Notes under the pieces: generated by a model | Databases searched by the model: none | Told to the model about the DNA's origin: nothing | Seen by the model: the letters and a program-made list of their open reading frames with translations, nothing else | In this document: positions 52,501 to 64,000 of the stretch, piece by piece | Layout: the number at the start of each line of letters is the position of its first letter | Numbering within the stretch: position 1 is the first letter of the stretch | Source: Balanoglossus misakiensis | Taxonomy: Eukaryota; Animalia; Hemichordata | DNA length: 64,000 nucleotides | Assembly: GCA_040954595.2 (NCBI GenBank) | Contig: CM082588.2 | Location: 6,026,202 to 6,090,201 of the forward strand | Reading direction: 5' to 3' | Made by a program: the position numbers and the translations under genes

Positions 52501-55500
52501 GTCCTTTAAGCAGGCGCGGTATATAACGCATGGGAACAGGGGAAGGAAGGGTAGTTAGTGTGCGACGTCTCCTGGCTACCTCGGCGGGACCAAGCTCAAG
52601 TCCCCGCCGAATTTGAAAGGCAAAGCGCCAAGTCTGTGTCCTTAAAGCAGGCGCGGTATATAACGCATAGGAACAGGGGAAGGAAGGGTAGATAGTGTGC
52701 GACGTCTCCTGGCTACCTCGGCGGGACCAAGCTCAAGTCCCCGCCGAATTAGAAAGACAAAGCGCTATCCTAAGTCTGTGTCATTTAAGCAGGCGCGGTA
52801 TATAACGCATGGGAACAGGGGAAGGAAGGGCAGCTAGTGTGCGACGTCTCCCGGCTACCTCGGCGGGACCAAGCTCAAGTCCCCGCCGAATAAGAAAGAC
52901 AAAGCGCTAAGTATGTGTCCTTTAAGCAAGCGCAGTATATAACGCATGGGAACAGGGGAAGTTAGGGTAGTTAGTGTGCGACGTCTCCTGGCTATCTCGG
53001 CGGGACAAAGCTCAAGTCCCCGCCGAATTAGAAATACAAAGCGCTATCCTAAGTCTGTGTCATTTAAGCAGGCGCTGTATATAACGCATGGGAACAGGGG
53101 AAGGAAGGGCAGTTAGTTTGCGACGTCTCATGGCTACCTCGGCGGGACCAAGCTCAAGTCCCCGCCGAATTACAGAGACAATGCACAAAGTCTGTGTCCT
53201 TTAAGCAGGCGCGGTATATAACGCATGGGAACAGGGGAAGGAAGGGTAGTTAGTGTGCGACGTCTCCTGGCTACCTCGGCGGGACCAAGCTCAAGTCCCC
53301 GCCGAATTAGAAAGACAAAGCGCTAAGTCTGTGTCCTTTAAGCAGGCGCGGTATATAATGCATGGGAACAGGTGAAGGGAGGGTAGTTAGTGTGCGACGT
53401 CTCCTGGCTACCTCGGCGGGACCAAGCTTAAGTCCCCGCCGAATTGGAAAGGCAAAGCGCCAAGTCTGTGTCCTTTAAGCAGGCGCGGTATATAACGCAT
53501 AGGAACAGGGGAAGGAAGGGTAGTTAGTGTGCGACGTCTCCTGGCTACCTCGGCGGGACCAAGCTCAAGTCCCCGCCGAATTAGAAAGACAAAGCGCTAA
53601 GTATGTGTCCTTTAAGCAGGCGCGGTATATAACGCATGGGAACAGGGGAAGGAAGGGTAGTTAGTGTGCGACGTCTCCTGGCTACCTCGGCGGGACCAAG
53701 CTCAAGTCCCCGCCGAATTTGAAAGACAAAGCGCCAAGTCTGTGTCCTTTAAGCAGGCGCGGTATATCACGCATGGGAACAGGGGAAGTAAGGGTAGTTA
53801 GTGTGCGACGTCTCCTGGCTATCTCGGCGGGACAAAGCTCAAGTCCCCGCCGAATTAGAAAGACAAAGCGCTATCCTAAGTCTGTGTCATTTAAGCAGGC
53901 GCGGTATATAACGCATGGGAACAGGTGAAGGGAGGGTAGTTAGTGTGCGACGTCTCCTGGCTACCTCGGCGGGACCAAGCTCAAGTCCCCGCCGAATTAG
54001 AAAGACAAAGCGCTAAGTATGTGTCCTTTAAGCAGGCGCGGTATATAACGCATGGGAACAGGGGAAGGAGGGGCAGTTAGTGTGCGACGTCTCCTGGCTA
54101 CCTCGGCGGGACCAAGCTCAAGTCCCCGCCGAATTGGATAGACAAAGCGCCAAGTCTGTGTCCTTTAAGAAGGCGCGGTATATAACGCATGGGAACAGGG
54201 GAAGGAATGGTAGTTAGTGTGCGACGTCTCCTGGCTATCTCGGCGGGACCAAGCTCAAGTCCCTGCCGAATTACAGAGACAATGCGCAAAGTCTGTGTCA
54301 TTTAGGCAGGCGTAGTATATAACGCATGGGAACAGGGGAAGGAAGGGTAGTTAGTGTGCGACATCTCCTGGATACCTCGGCGGGACAAAGCTCAAGTCCC
54401 CGCCGAATTACAGAGACAATGCACAAAGTCTGTGTCCTTTAAGCAGGCGCGGTATATAACGCATGGGAACAGGGGAAGGAAGGGTAGTTAGTGTGCGACA
54501 TCTCCTGGATACCTCGGCGGGACCAAGCTCAAGTCCCCGCCGAATTAGAAAGACAAAGCGCTAAGTCTGGGTCCTCTAAGCAGGCGCGGTATATAACGCA
54601 TGGGAACAGGGGAAGGAAGGGTAGTTAGTGTGCGACGTCTCCTGGCTATCTCGGCGGGACAAAGCTCAAGTCCCCGCCGAATTAGAAATACAAAGCGCTA
54701 TCCTAAGTCTGTGTCATTTAAGCAGGCGCTGTATATAACGCATGGGAACAGGGGAAGGAAGGGCAGTTAGTTTGCGACGTCTCATGGCTACCTCGGCGGG
54801 ACCAAGCTCAAGTCCCCGCCGAATTACAGAGACAATGCACAAAGTCTGTGTCCTTTAAGCAGGCGCGGTATATAACGCATGGGAACAGGGGAAGGAAGGG
54901 TAGTTAGTGTGCGACGTCTCCTGGCTACCTCGGCGGGACCAAGCTCAAGTCCCCGCCGAATTAGAAAGACAAAGCGCTAAGTCTGTGTCCTTTAAGCAGG
55001 CGCGGTATATAATGCATGGGAACAGGTGAAGGGAGGGTAGTTAGTGTGCGACGTCTCCTGGCTACCTCGGCGGGACCAAGCTTAAGTCCCCGCCGAATTG
55101 GAAAGGCAAAGCGCCAAGTCTGTGTCCTTTAAGCAGGCGCGGTATATAACGCATAGGAACAGGGGAAGGAAGGGTAGTTAGTGTGCGACGTCTCCTGGCT
55201 ACCTCGGCGGGACCAAGCTCAAGTCCCCGCCGAATTACAGAGACAATGCACAAAGTCTGTGTCCTTTAAGCAGGCGCGGTATATAACGCATGGGAACAGG
55301 GGAAGGAAGGGTAGTTAGTGTGCGACGTCTCCTGGCTACCTCGGCGGGACCAAGCTCAAGTCCCCGCCGAATTTGAAAGACAAAGCGCCAAGTCTGTGTC
55401 CTTAAAGCAGGCGCGGTATATAACGCATAGGAACAGGGGAAGGAAGGGTAGATAGTGTGCGACGTCTCCTGGCTACCTCGGCGGGACCAAGCTCAAGTCC

Positions 55501-58500
55501 CCGCCGAATTAGAAAGACAAAGCGCTAAGTATGTGTCCTTTAAGCAGGCGCGGTATATAAAGCATGGGAACAGGGGAAGGAGGGGCAGTTAGTGTGCGAC
55601 GTCTCCTGGCTACCTCGGCGGGACCAAGATCAAGTCCCCGCCGAATTGGATAGACAAAGCGCTAAGTCTGTGTCATTTAAGCAGGCGTAGTATATAACGC
55701 ATGGGAACAGGGGAAGGAAGGGTAGTTAGTGTGCGACATCTCCTGGATACCTCGGCGGGACCAAGCTCAAGTCCCCGCCGAATTACAGAGACAAAGCGCT
55801 AAGTCTGGGTCCTCTAAGCAGGCGCGGTATATAACGCATGGGAACAGGGGAAGGAAGGGTAGTTAGTGTGCGACATCTCCTGGATACCTCGGCGGGACCA
55901 AGCTCAAGTCCCCGCCGAATTACAGAGACAAAGCGCTAAGTCTGGGTCCTCTAAGCAGGCGCGGTATATAACGCATGGGAACAGGGGAAGTAAGGGTAGT
56001 TAGTGTGCGACGTCTCCTGGCTATCTCGGCGGGACAAAGCTCAAGTCCCCGCCGAATTAGAAAGACAAAGCGCTATCCTAAGTCTGTGTCATTTAAGCAG
56101 GCGCGGTATATAACGCATGGGAACAGGTGAAGGGAGGGTAGTTAGTGTGCGACGTCTCCTGGCTACCTCGGCGGGACCAAGCTCAAGTCCCCGCTGAATT
56201 AGAAAGACAAAGCGCTAAGCATGTGTCCTTTAAGCAGGCGCGGTATATAACGCATGGGAACAGGGGAAGGAGGGGCAGTTAGTGTGCGACGTCTCCTGGC
56301 TACCTCGGCGGGACCAAGCTCAAGTCCCCGCCGAATTGGATAGACAAAGCGCCAAGTCTGTGTCCTTTAAGAAGGCGCGGTATATAACGCATGGGAACAG
56401 GGGAAGGAATGGTAGTTAGTGTGCGACGTCTCCTGGCTATCTCGGCGGGACCAAGCTCAAGTCCCCGCCGAATTAAAGAGACAATGCGCAAAGTCTGTGT
56501 CATTTAGGCAGGCGTAGTATATAACGCATGGGAACAGGGGAAGGAAGGGTAGTTAGTGTGCGACATCTCCTGGATACCTCGGCGGGACAAAGCTCAAGTC
56601 CCCGCCGAATTACAGAGACAAAGCGCTAAGTCTGGGTCCTCTAAGCAGGCGCGGTATATAACGCATGGGAACATGGGAAGGAAGGGTAGTTAGTGTGCGA
56701 CATCTCCTGGATACCTCGGCGGGACCAAGCTCAAGTCCCCGCCGAATTAGAAAGACAAAGCGCTAAGTCTGTGTCCTCTAAGCAGGCGCGGTATATAACG
56801 CATGGGAACAGGGGAAGGAAGGGTAGTTAGTGTGCGACGTCTCCTGGCTATCTCGGCGGGACAAAGCTCAAGTCCCCGCCGAATTAGAAATACAAAGCGC
56901 TATCCTAAGTCTGTGTCATTTAAGCAGGCGCTGTATATAACGCATGGGAACAGGGGAAGGAAGGGCAGTTAGTTTGCGACGTCTCATGGCTACCTCGGCG
57001 GGACCAAGCTCAAGTCCCCGCCGAATTACAGAGACAATGCACAAAGTCTGTGTCCTTTAAGCAGGCGCGGTATATAACGCATGGGAACAGGGGAAGGAAG
57101 GGTAGTTAGTGTGCGACGTCTCCTGGCTACCTCGGCGGGACCAAGCTCAAGTCCCCGCCGAATTAGAAAGACAAAGCGCTAAGTCTGTGTCCTTTAAGCA
57201 GGCGCGGTATATAATGCATGGGAACAGGTGAAGGGAGGGTAGTTAGTGTGCGACGTCTCCTGGCTACCTCGGCGGGACCAAGCTTAAGTCCCCGCCGAAT
57301 TGGAAAGGCAAAGCGCCAAGTCTGTGTCCTTTAAGCAGGCGCGGTATATAACGCATAGGAACAGGGGAAGGAAGGGTAGTTAGTGTGCGACGTCTCCTGG
57401 CTACCTCGGCGGGACCAAGCTCAAGTCCCCGCCGAATTACAGAGACAATGCACAAAGTCTGTGTCCTTTAAGCAGGCGCGGTATATAACGCATGGGAACA
57501 GGGGAAGGAAGGGTAGTTAGTGTGCGACGTCTCCTGGCTACCTCGGCGGGACCAAGCTCAAGTCCCCGCCGAATTTGAAAGGCAAAGCGCCAAGTCTGTG
57601 TCCTTAAAGCAGGCGCGGTATATAACGCATAGGAACAGGGGAAGGAAGGGTAGATAGTGTGCGACGTCTCCTGGCTACCTCGGCGGGACCAAGCTCAAGT
57701 CCCCGCCGAATTAGAAAGACAAAGCGCTAAGTATGTGTCCTTTAAGCAGGCGCGGTATATAACGCATGGGAACAGGGGAAGGAGGGGCAGTTAGTGTGCG
57801 ACGTCTCCTGGCTACCTCGGCGGGACCAAGATCAAGTCCCCGCCGAATTGGATAGACAAAGCGCTAAGTCTGTGTCATTTAAGCAGGCGTAGTATATAAC
57901 GCATGGGAACAGGGGAAGGAAGGGTAGTTAGTGTGCGACATCTCCTGGATACCTCGGCGGGACCAAGCTCAAGTCCCCGCCGAATTACAGAGACAAAGCG
58001 CTAAGTCTGGGTCCTCTAAGCAGGCGCGGTATATAACGCATGGGAACAGGGGAAGAAAGGGTAGTTAGTGTGCGACATCTCCTGGATACCTCGGCGGGAC
58101 CAAGCTCAAGTCCCCGCCGAATTACAGAGACAAAGCGCTAAGTCTGGGTCCTCTAAGCAGGCGCGGTATATAACGCATGGGAACAGGGGAAGGAAGGGTA
58201 GTTAGTGTGCGACGTCTCCTGGCTACCTCGGCGGGACCAAGCTCATGTCCCCGCCGAATTGGAAACACAAAGCGCCAAGTCTGTGTCCTTTAAGCAGGCG
58301 CGGTATATAACGCATAGGAACAGGGGAAGGAAGGGTAGTTAGTGTGCGACGTCTTCTGGCTACCTCGGCGGGGCCAAGCTCAAGTCCCCGCCGAATTAGA
58401 AAGACAAAGCGCTAAGTCTGTGTTCTTTAAGCAGGCGCGGTATATAACGCATGGGAACAGGGGAAGGAAGTGTAATTATTGTGCGACGTCTCCTGGCTAC

Positions 58501-60832
58501 CTCGGCGGGACCAAGCTCAAGTCCCCGCCGAATTAGAAAGACAAAGCGCTATCCTAAGTCTGTGTCATTTAAGCAGGCGCGGTATATAACGCATGGGAAC
58601 AGGGGAAGGTAGTGCAGTTAGTGTGCGACGTCTCATGGCTACCTCGGCGGGACCAAGCTCAAGTCCCCGCCGAATTAGAAAGACAAAGCGCTAAGTATGT
58701 GTCCTCTAAGCAGGCGCGGTATATAACGCATGGGAACAGGGGAAGGAAGGGTAGTTAGTGTGCGACGTCTCCTGGCTACCTCGGCGGGACCAAGCTCATG
58801 TCCCCGCCGAATTGGAAACGCAAAGCGCCAAGTCTGTGTCCTTTAAGCAGGCGCGGTATATAACGCATAGGAACAGGGGAAGGAAGGGTAGTTAGTGTGC
58901 GACGTCTCCTGGCTACCTCGGCGGGACCAAGCTCAAGTCCCCGCCGAATTAGAAAGACAAAGCGCTAAGTCTGTGTCCTTTAAGCAGGCGCGGTATATAA
59001 CGCATGGGAAAAGGGGAAGTAAGGGTAGTAAGTGTGCGACGTCTCCTGGCTATCTCGGCGGGACAAAGCTCAAGTCCCCGCCGAATTAGAAAGACAAAGC
59101 GCTATCCTAAGTCTGTGTCATTTAAGCAGGCGCGGTATATAACGCATGGAAACAGGTGAAGGGAGGGTAGTTAGTGTGCGACGTCTCATGGCTACCTCGG
59201 CGGGACCAAGCTCAAGTCCCCGCCGAATTTGAAAGACAAAGCGCCAAGTCTGTGTCCTTAAAGCAGGCACGGTATATAACGCATAGGAACAGGGGAAGGA
59301 AGGGTAGATAGTGTGCGACGTCTCCTGGCTACCTCGGCGGGACCAAGCTCAAGTCCCCGCCGAATTAGAAAGACAAAGCGCTAAGTATGTGTCCTTTAAG
59401 CAGGCGCGGTATATAACGCATGGGAACAGGGGAAGGAGGGGCAGTTAGTGTGCGACGTCTCCTGGCTACCTCGGCGGGACCAAGCTCAAGTCCCCGCCGA
59501 ATTGGATAGACAAAGCGCCAAGTCTGTGTCCTTTAAGAAGGCGCGGTACATTGTATATAACGCATGGGAACAGGGGAAGGAATGGTAGTTAGTGTGCGAC
59601 GTCTCCTGGCTATCTCGGCGGGACCAAGCTCAAGTCCCCGCCGAATTACAGAGACAATGCGCAAAGTCTGTGTCATTTAGGCAGGCGTAGTATATAACGC
59701 ATGGGAACAGGGGAAGGAAGGGTAGTTAGTGTGCGACATCTCCTGGATACCTCGGCGGGACAAAGCTCAAGTCCCCGCCGAATTACAGAGACAAAGCGCT
59801 AAGTCTGGGTCCTCTAAGCAGGCGCGGTATATAACGCATGGGAACAGGGGAAGGAAGGGTAGTTAGTGTGCGACATCTCCTGGATACCTCGGCGGGACCA
59901 AGCTCAAGTCCCCGCCGAATTAGAAAGACAAAGCGCTAAGTCTGTGTCCTCTAAGCAGGCGCGGTATATAACGCATGGGAACAGGGGAAGGAAGGGTAGT
60001 TAGTGTGCGACGTCTCCTGGCTACCTCGGCGGGGCCAAGCTCAAGTCCCCGCCGAATTAGAAAGACAAAGCGCTAAGTCTGTGTCCTTTAAGCAGGCGCG
60101 GTATATAACGCATGGGAACAGAGGAAGTAAGGGTAGATAGTGTGCGACGTCTCCTGGCTACCTCGGCGGGACAAAGCTCAAGTCCCCGCCGAATTAGAAA
60201 GACAAAGCGCTATCCTAAGTCTGTGTCATTTAAGCAGGCGCGGTATATAACGCATGGGAACAGGGGAAGGTAGGGCAGTTAGTGCGCGACGTCTCATGGC
60301 TACCTCGGCGGGACCAAGCTGAAGTCCCCGCCGAATTTGAAAGACAAAGCGCCAAGTCTGTGTCCTTAAAGCAGGCGCGGTATATAACGCATAGGAACAG
60401 GGGAAGGAAGGGTAGATAGTGTGCGACGTCTCCTGGCTACCTCGGCGGGACCAAGCTCAAGTTCCCGCCGAATTAGAAAGACAAAGCGCTAAGTCGGTGT
60501 CCTCTAAGCAGGCGCGGTATATAACGCATGGGAACAGGGGAAGGTAGGGTAGTTAGTGTGCGACGTCTCCTGGCTACCTCGGCGGGACCAAGCTCATGTC
60601 CCCGCCGAATTGGAAACACAAAGCGCCAAGTCTGTGTCCTTTAAGCAGGCGCGGTATATAACGCATAGGAACAGGGGAAGGAAGGGCAGTTAGTGTGCGA
60701 CGTCTCCTGGCTACCTCGGCTGGACCAAGCTCAAGTCCCCGCCGAATTAGAAAGACAAAGAGCTACGTCTGTGTCCTTTAAGCAGGCGCGGTATATAACG
60801 CATGGGAACAGGGGAAGGAAGGGCAGTTAGTG
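40538..60832 (+). repeat. Tandem satellite array, 137-bp monomer (142-bp variant), about 147 copies, with higher-order repeats
   Basis: Consensus aagtctgtgtcctttaagcaggcgcggtatataacgcatgggaacaggggaaggaagggtagttagtgtgcgacgtctcctggctacctcggcgggaccaagctcaagtccccgccgaattagaaagacaaagcgct; period 40671->40808 = 137. The variant has a 5-bp insertion (gcgctatcctaag). Copy number is estimated from length. Confidence 0.98.
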
Positions 60833-60935
60833 GGAGAGTAGTGGTCTGCCACACACTTCCACTGGATATTTAGCATGTGGGCGTACCACGCAGGCTTCCG
60901 AGGGCGCGGTTCGGCCCTGGCCCCGCCGAGTTAAA
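60822..60935 (+). pseudogene. tRNA-Gly(GCC)-like relic / tRNA-derived SINE-head-like sequence at the array end
   Basis: ggcagttagtgggagagtagtggtCTGCCAC aligns in register with the tRNA-Gly 5' half, including anticodon loop CTGCCAC (60846-60852). GGTTCGgccctggcc at 60908-60922 resembles the T arm. Not a foldable tRNA. Confidence 0.4.
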
Positions 60936-61730
60936 AGAGATTCACCAGAATTCAAACCATCACTAGTGCTTGTACCAATACCCTTTTATGTAGAACATTA
61001 CAGCAGATTTCTGAATTACAGCTGATTTCAAAATTCAATTCCCATGGCACAATTTATGAATTAAATAAAACTATGAATAAATAATAGATAAATGACCTTC
61101 ACTATGCAAGCTCCAATTATGTAATAATCAAAATCATCATTCGATATTTTGAAAGCAAATCGTTGAAGAGCTAGTAGCTTAAACGTTGGCTTTTTTCTCG
61201 CTATATTTTTTATATATGATCTGTGGTTTCATGTTCTACTCTGTAGACATAAAGCATTGTTGAGTTTATACATTTTTTAACACAGGACCTTTGTTGTAAT
61301 CAGCGTTGTTATTGTTAAAAATTGAATTCAAGTCCTGACTGGAATTTGTTAACAATGTCAATGACAACGGTCGTTAATCATCATATGCACGCTTTGTTGA
61401 GAAGTTAAAGACCGGACATTTCACAAAGCCATCCAAAATAGAACAAGAAACCGCAGTTTATATGGATGAGAAATGTACCGACAAATAGCCTACAGTTTAA
61501 AGAGGGACTGCGGCTGTGATGAAGAGAAAGAACAAAGGGTCTATAATAGCATGATTTTTGCGGTGTTTGGCAGTAATTAAACTTGCTTGTTTTGAAAATA
61601 CAGTAAAGATGTACAGAACGCCAAAGAAATTTAGTATGAACGTGTTTATCTAGGATTTTGATAGAAGAGACTGGATGAACACTAGTCTGTAGTTGTGCCT
61701 ATCTACGCTGAGTATGGTCACAGTCCGTTA

Positions 61731-64000
61731 TTAGTCCTCGGAAAAGCTCGCCAAGAGCCTCCTGTCCCCGGTGAATCCCAGCCTTGCGTGACTCACATAT
61801 ATATTGTCCATGACCAAAATGTCGCCCTTTTGCATCTGGAATCCCACCGACACTTCCCAGAACACCTCGCGTACGTGCTGTATGGCCTCGGCCTCGATTT
61901 CGTTCCCATCGCCGTAGTAACAGTGAAAGGGGCACTTGTCGTTCGGGATGTCCAGGTGAGCCCACTTTGGGTGGTCCTTGAAGAACGAGGCATGCTGAGC
62001 GTGGAATTGGTTGAACCATACTTCCTCGCCTAGAAAAAAGTGCTGTATTAGACTATCTCGTCAGGAGCCATGTGAAATCAATTCGCAAACATAGCGAACT
62101 CTTTAAAATACCTATCATGTACTATGGACTTATAATAATGTCACATATCCACAGTTAGCTATCAACTGATAGCTAGCTAGATGTTAACCAATATTAAATC
62201 AACCATGTCAAAACTAATAAAACCTTTTCATCCCCTTTTCCCCGCTTTAATGTCCAACCTTACCCATGGAAAACAATGGATTTGGACGACACCATTGTCG
62301 AGAAAGGCTTAAATGGCAGCAATGTCATGCCCACTCACCTGTTTTCGGATGAGTTCCAAACCCGGGCTGGTTGTGCCAGTATGTTAGGGCACCATCTTCC
62401 TCCCAACGATAATCCCTTCCGTGTTCAACCATATACTTTTCAACATCCGACTTTTCTTCCGTGGAGAAACTCTATTGTAACAGAAATGCATGGGTGTGCT
62501 TTTTATTTGTGATATTTTCTATAGTTACGCTTAGAGGCATGGTTTTAATATGTTACTCCTAGAAGTTGCATTCGATGCAGTTTCTTCGGCCTGAGGGAGG
62601 CGGTGGATTCTATTTTGTGGATATCAAAAAGTGACTGACCCCCCCCCCCCCCCCATTGAACATGAATCCACCCTCGACCGAAGAAACTGACCAGTACCTT
62701 ACCTCTTGCCAACTTGTGTATCCGCCTGGTTTCTTGGTCGGCAGATGTCGACAGTATCTAATACCTAGGCGCCTCACTTTCTCCACCAGTTCTGGGTCCA
62801 GTTTCGGCAAGACATCTCTGACGTCAGCGATGGCAGTCTCGCCCCCATTACCCGGAAGTGCCGGTACGTCACAGAAAAAGAAAACCTGAAATATTTAGAA
62901 CAAAGCATAGATGACGGGATCGGTCTATTTTTAGTCATGCGACCTCGGAATAAAAGCTGCTAGGTTTCCACATCTCGGCTTTCCGAAAACATGCAGGTAC
63001 ATGCTTACTCAGTTTTCATAAGCGGATATTTTATTTCAACATGTTTCGAAATAGTGGAACTTAAACATGTTTTTGTATAGGTATATCACTGTCCTGAGAT
63101 GTACCCATGTCTGAAATATATTGTCTTCGCATGTTCACCTATCAGTTCTCGACGCTGTTGGATTCATACTTGTTCGGTCCACTTTCGGCATACACAATAA
63201 GTATGGGGTGATCGAGGAAATCACTCGTATACTGTAGGGTACATCCTTGTGCGCTATCAGTTAGATTTCAAAACCATTCAGAATTTAATTTACACAATAT
63301 ACTCTGCACATACCCCCTCCCCAATATTTTCCATGCAATATGTTTGATTATATCCACAAAAGTTCACCAGAGTGATTAAATTTTCAACGACAGCAGTACA
63401 GTGGCCCATACGTTCATATAAGGTTGAGAATATTTTACCTTCCTTGGGGGATTTTCCACATACGCCTTTTCGTTGTGCAGTTCGATGGACAGCTCGGCCG
63501 CCTGGTCGCTTGCCGTTGCGACATTTTTGACGACTTTGTGTCTGAACGCGGTGCCTCCCGATCCATAGTCCATCAATGTGTATCCAAGGCCACTCATGAA
63601 CTGGGAGAATTCCCCACCGCCAGTTTGTATGGGCACGCCGCGGAAGAGAATAGCCCCGTGGATATGCAGTTCGCGTTCAATAATTTCTCGGGCGTCTTTA
63701 GCGAAATCACTGACCGACCCCGAGTGCTCCTCTGCCGGACTGGCGACGGTGTACACGGCAGGAAAGTTCTCCCTCGGGCTCGCTACGTACTCTGGAAATT
63801 TGCTTCCAGGGGTCGACCCGCCGGGGAGCCATTTTCGCCCTGCCAGTGTTGCCGTTGTCTGCGCAGGTACATCAAGTCGCCTGGCGTAGTTGAACTTCGC
63901 CACGGGTCTTGGGCCGGTGGAAAGCATATTCAAACGAAATAGTCTGCCGGCTGGTGCAAAGCAGAAACGAGAGTGCTGCCGGTTGAGGGTCTGGGTATAG
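61731..64000 (-). CDS. TauD/TfdA-family Fe(II)/2-oxoglutarate dioxygenase (clavaminate synthase-like/DdaC-like), probably 5'-truncated by the window edge
   Basis: Exons (>64000)-63439, 62885-62703, 62471-62339, 62029-61731, GT-AG and in phase. Motifs HGAILFRG, HNE (HxD/E), FFFC..P...GGET.IAD, VWFNQ, YGDG and GDILVMDNIYVSHAR (distal His, Arg). The frame is open to position 64000; the first in-window ATG is at 63927. Confidence 0.9.

Noticed and set aside
41276-59089. Repeated 63-76 aa ORFs in the array
   Set aside because: Chance read-throughs where monomer variants remove stops; mostly non-ATG starts and no domain similarity.
40538-60832. CRISPR array
   Set aside because: Units are contiguous near-identical monomers with no unique spacers; there are no cas genes and the context is eukaryotic.
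39459-60968. CACTA or Helitron element enclosing the satellite (CACTG at 39459, CACTAGTG at 60961)
   Set aside because: No extended TIR or TSD, and the nearest hairpin is ~45 bp from CTAG, farther than in typical Helitron ends. A mobile carrier is still possible but not demonstrated.

Overview
Eukaryotic (animal) genomic DNA: AT-rich, GT-AG introns, microsatellites and MITEs. Gene content suggests a marine invertebrate, possibly a non-vertebrate deuterostome (inference only). Gene order: a GPR45/GPR63-like (PSP24) class A GPCR (-, intronless CDS, probable ~20 kb 5' region with repeated RFX X-box-like motifs); CCT8 (-, 10 exons, 546 aa); a head-to-head Schlafen-like gene (+, 8 coding exons, 943 aa) whose nuclease and Walker B residues are degenerate; GET1/WRB (-, 4 exons, 173 aa, largely missed by the ORF track); a ~20.3 kb GC-rich tandem array of 137/142-bp monomers with 7/16/27/43-mer higher-order periods; and the 3' part of a TauD-family Fe(II)/2-oxoglutarate dioxygenase (-). 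The most unusual signal is the array monomer. It resembles a tRNA-derived RNA polymerase III cassette (TATA at about -25, A box and B box at tRNA spacing, no T4 terminator), and the divergent last unit still carries a tRNA-Gly(GCC)-like anticodon loop. All homology calls were made by eye against remembered sequences; no database searches were run.
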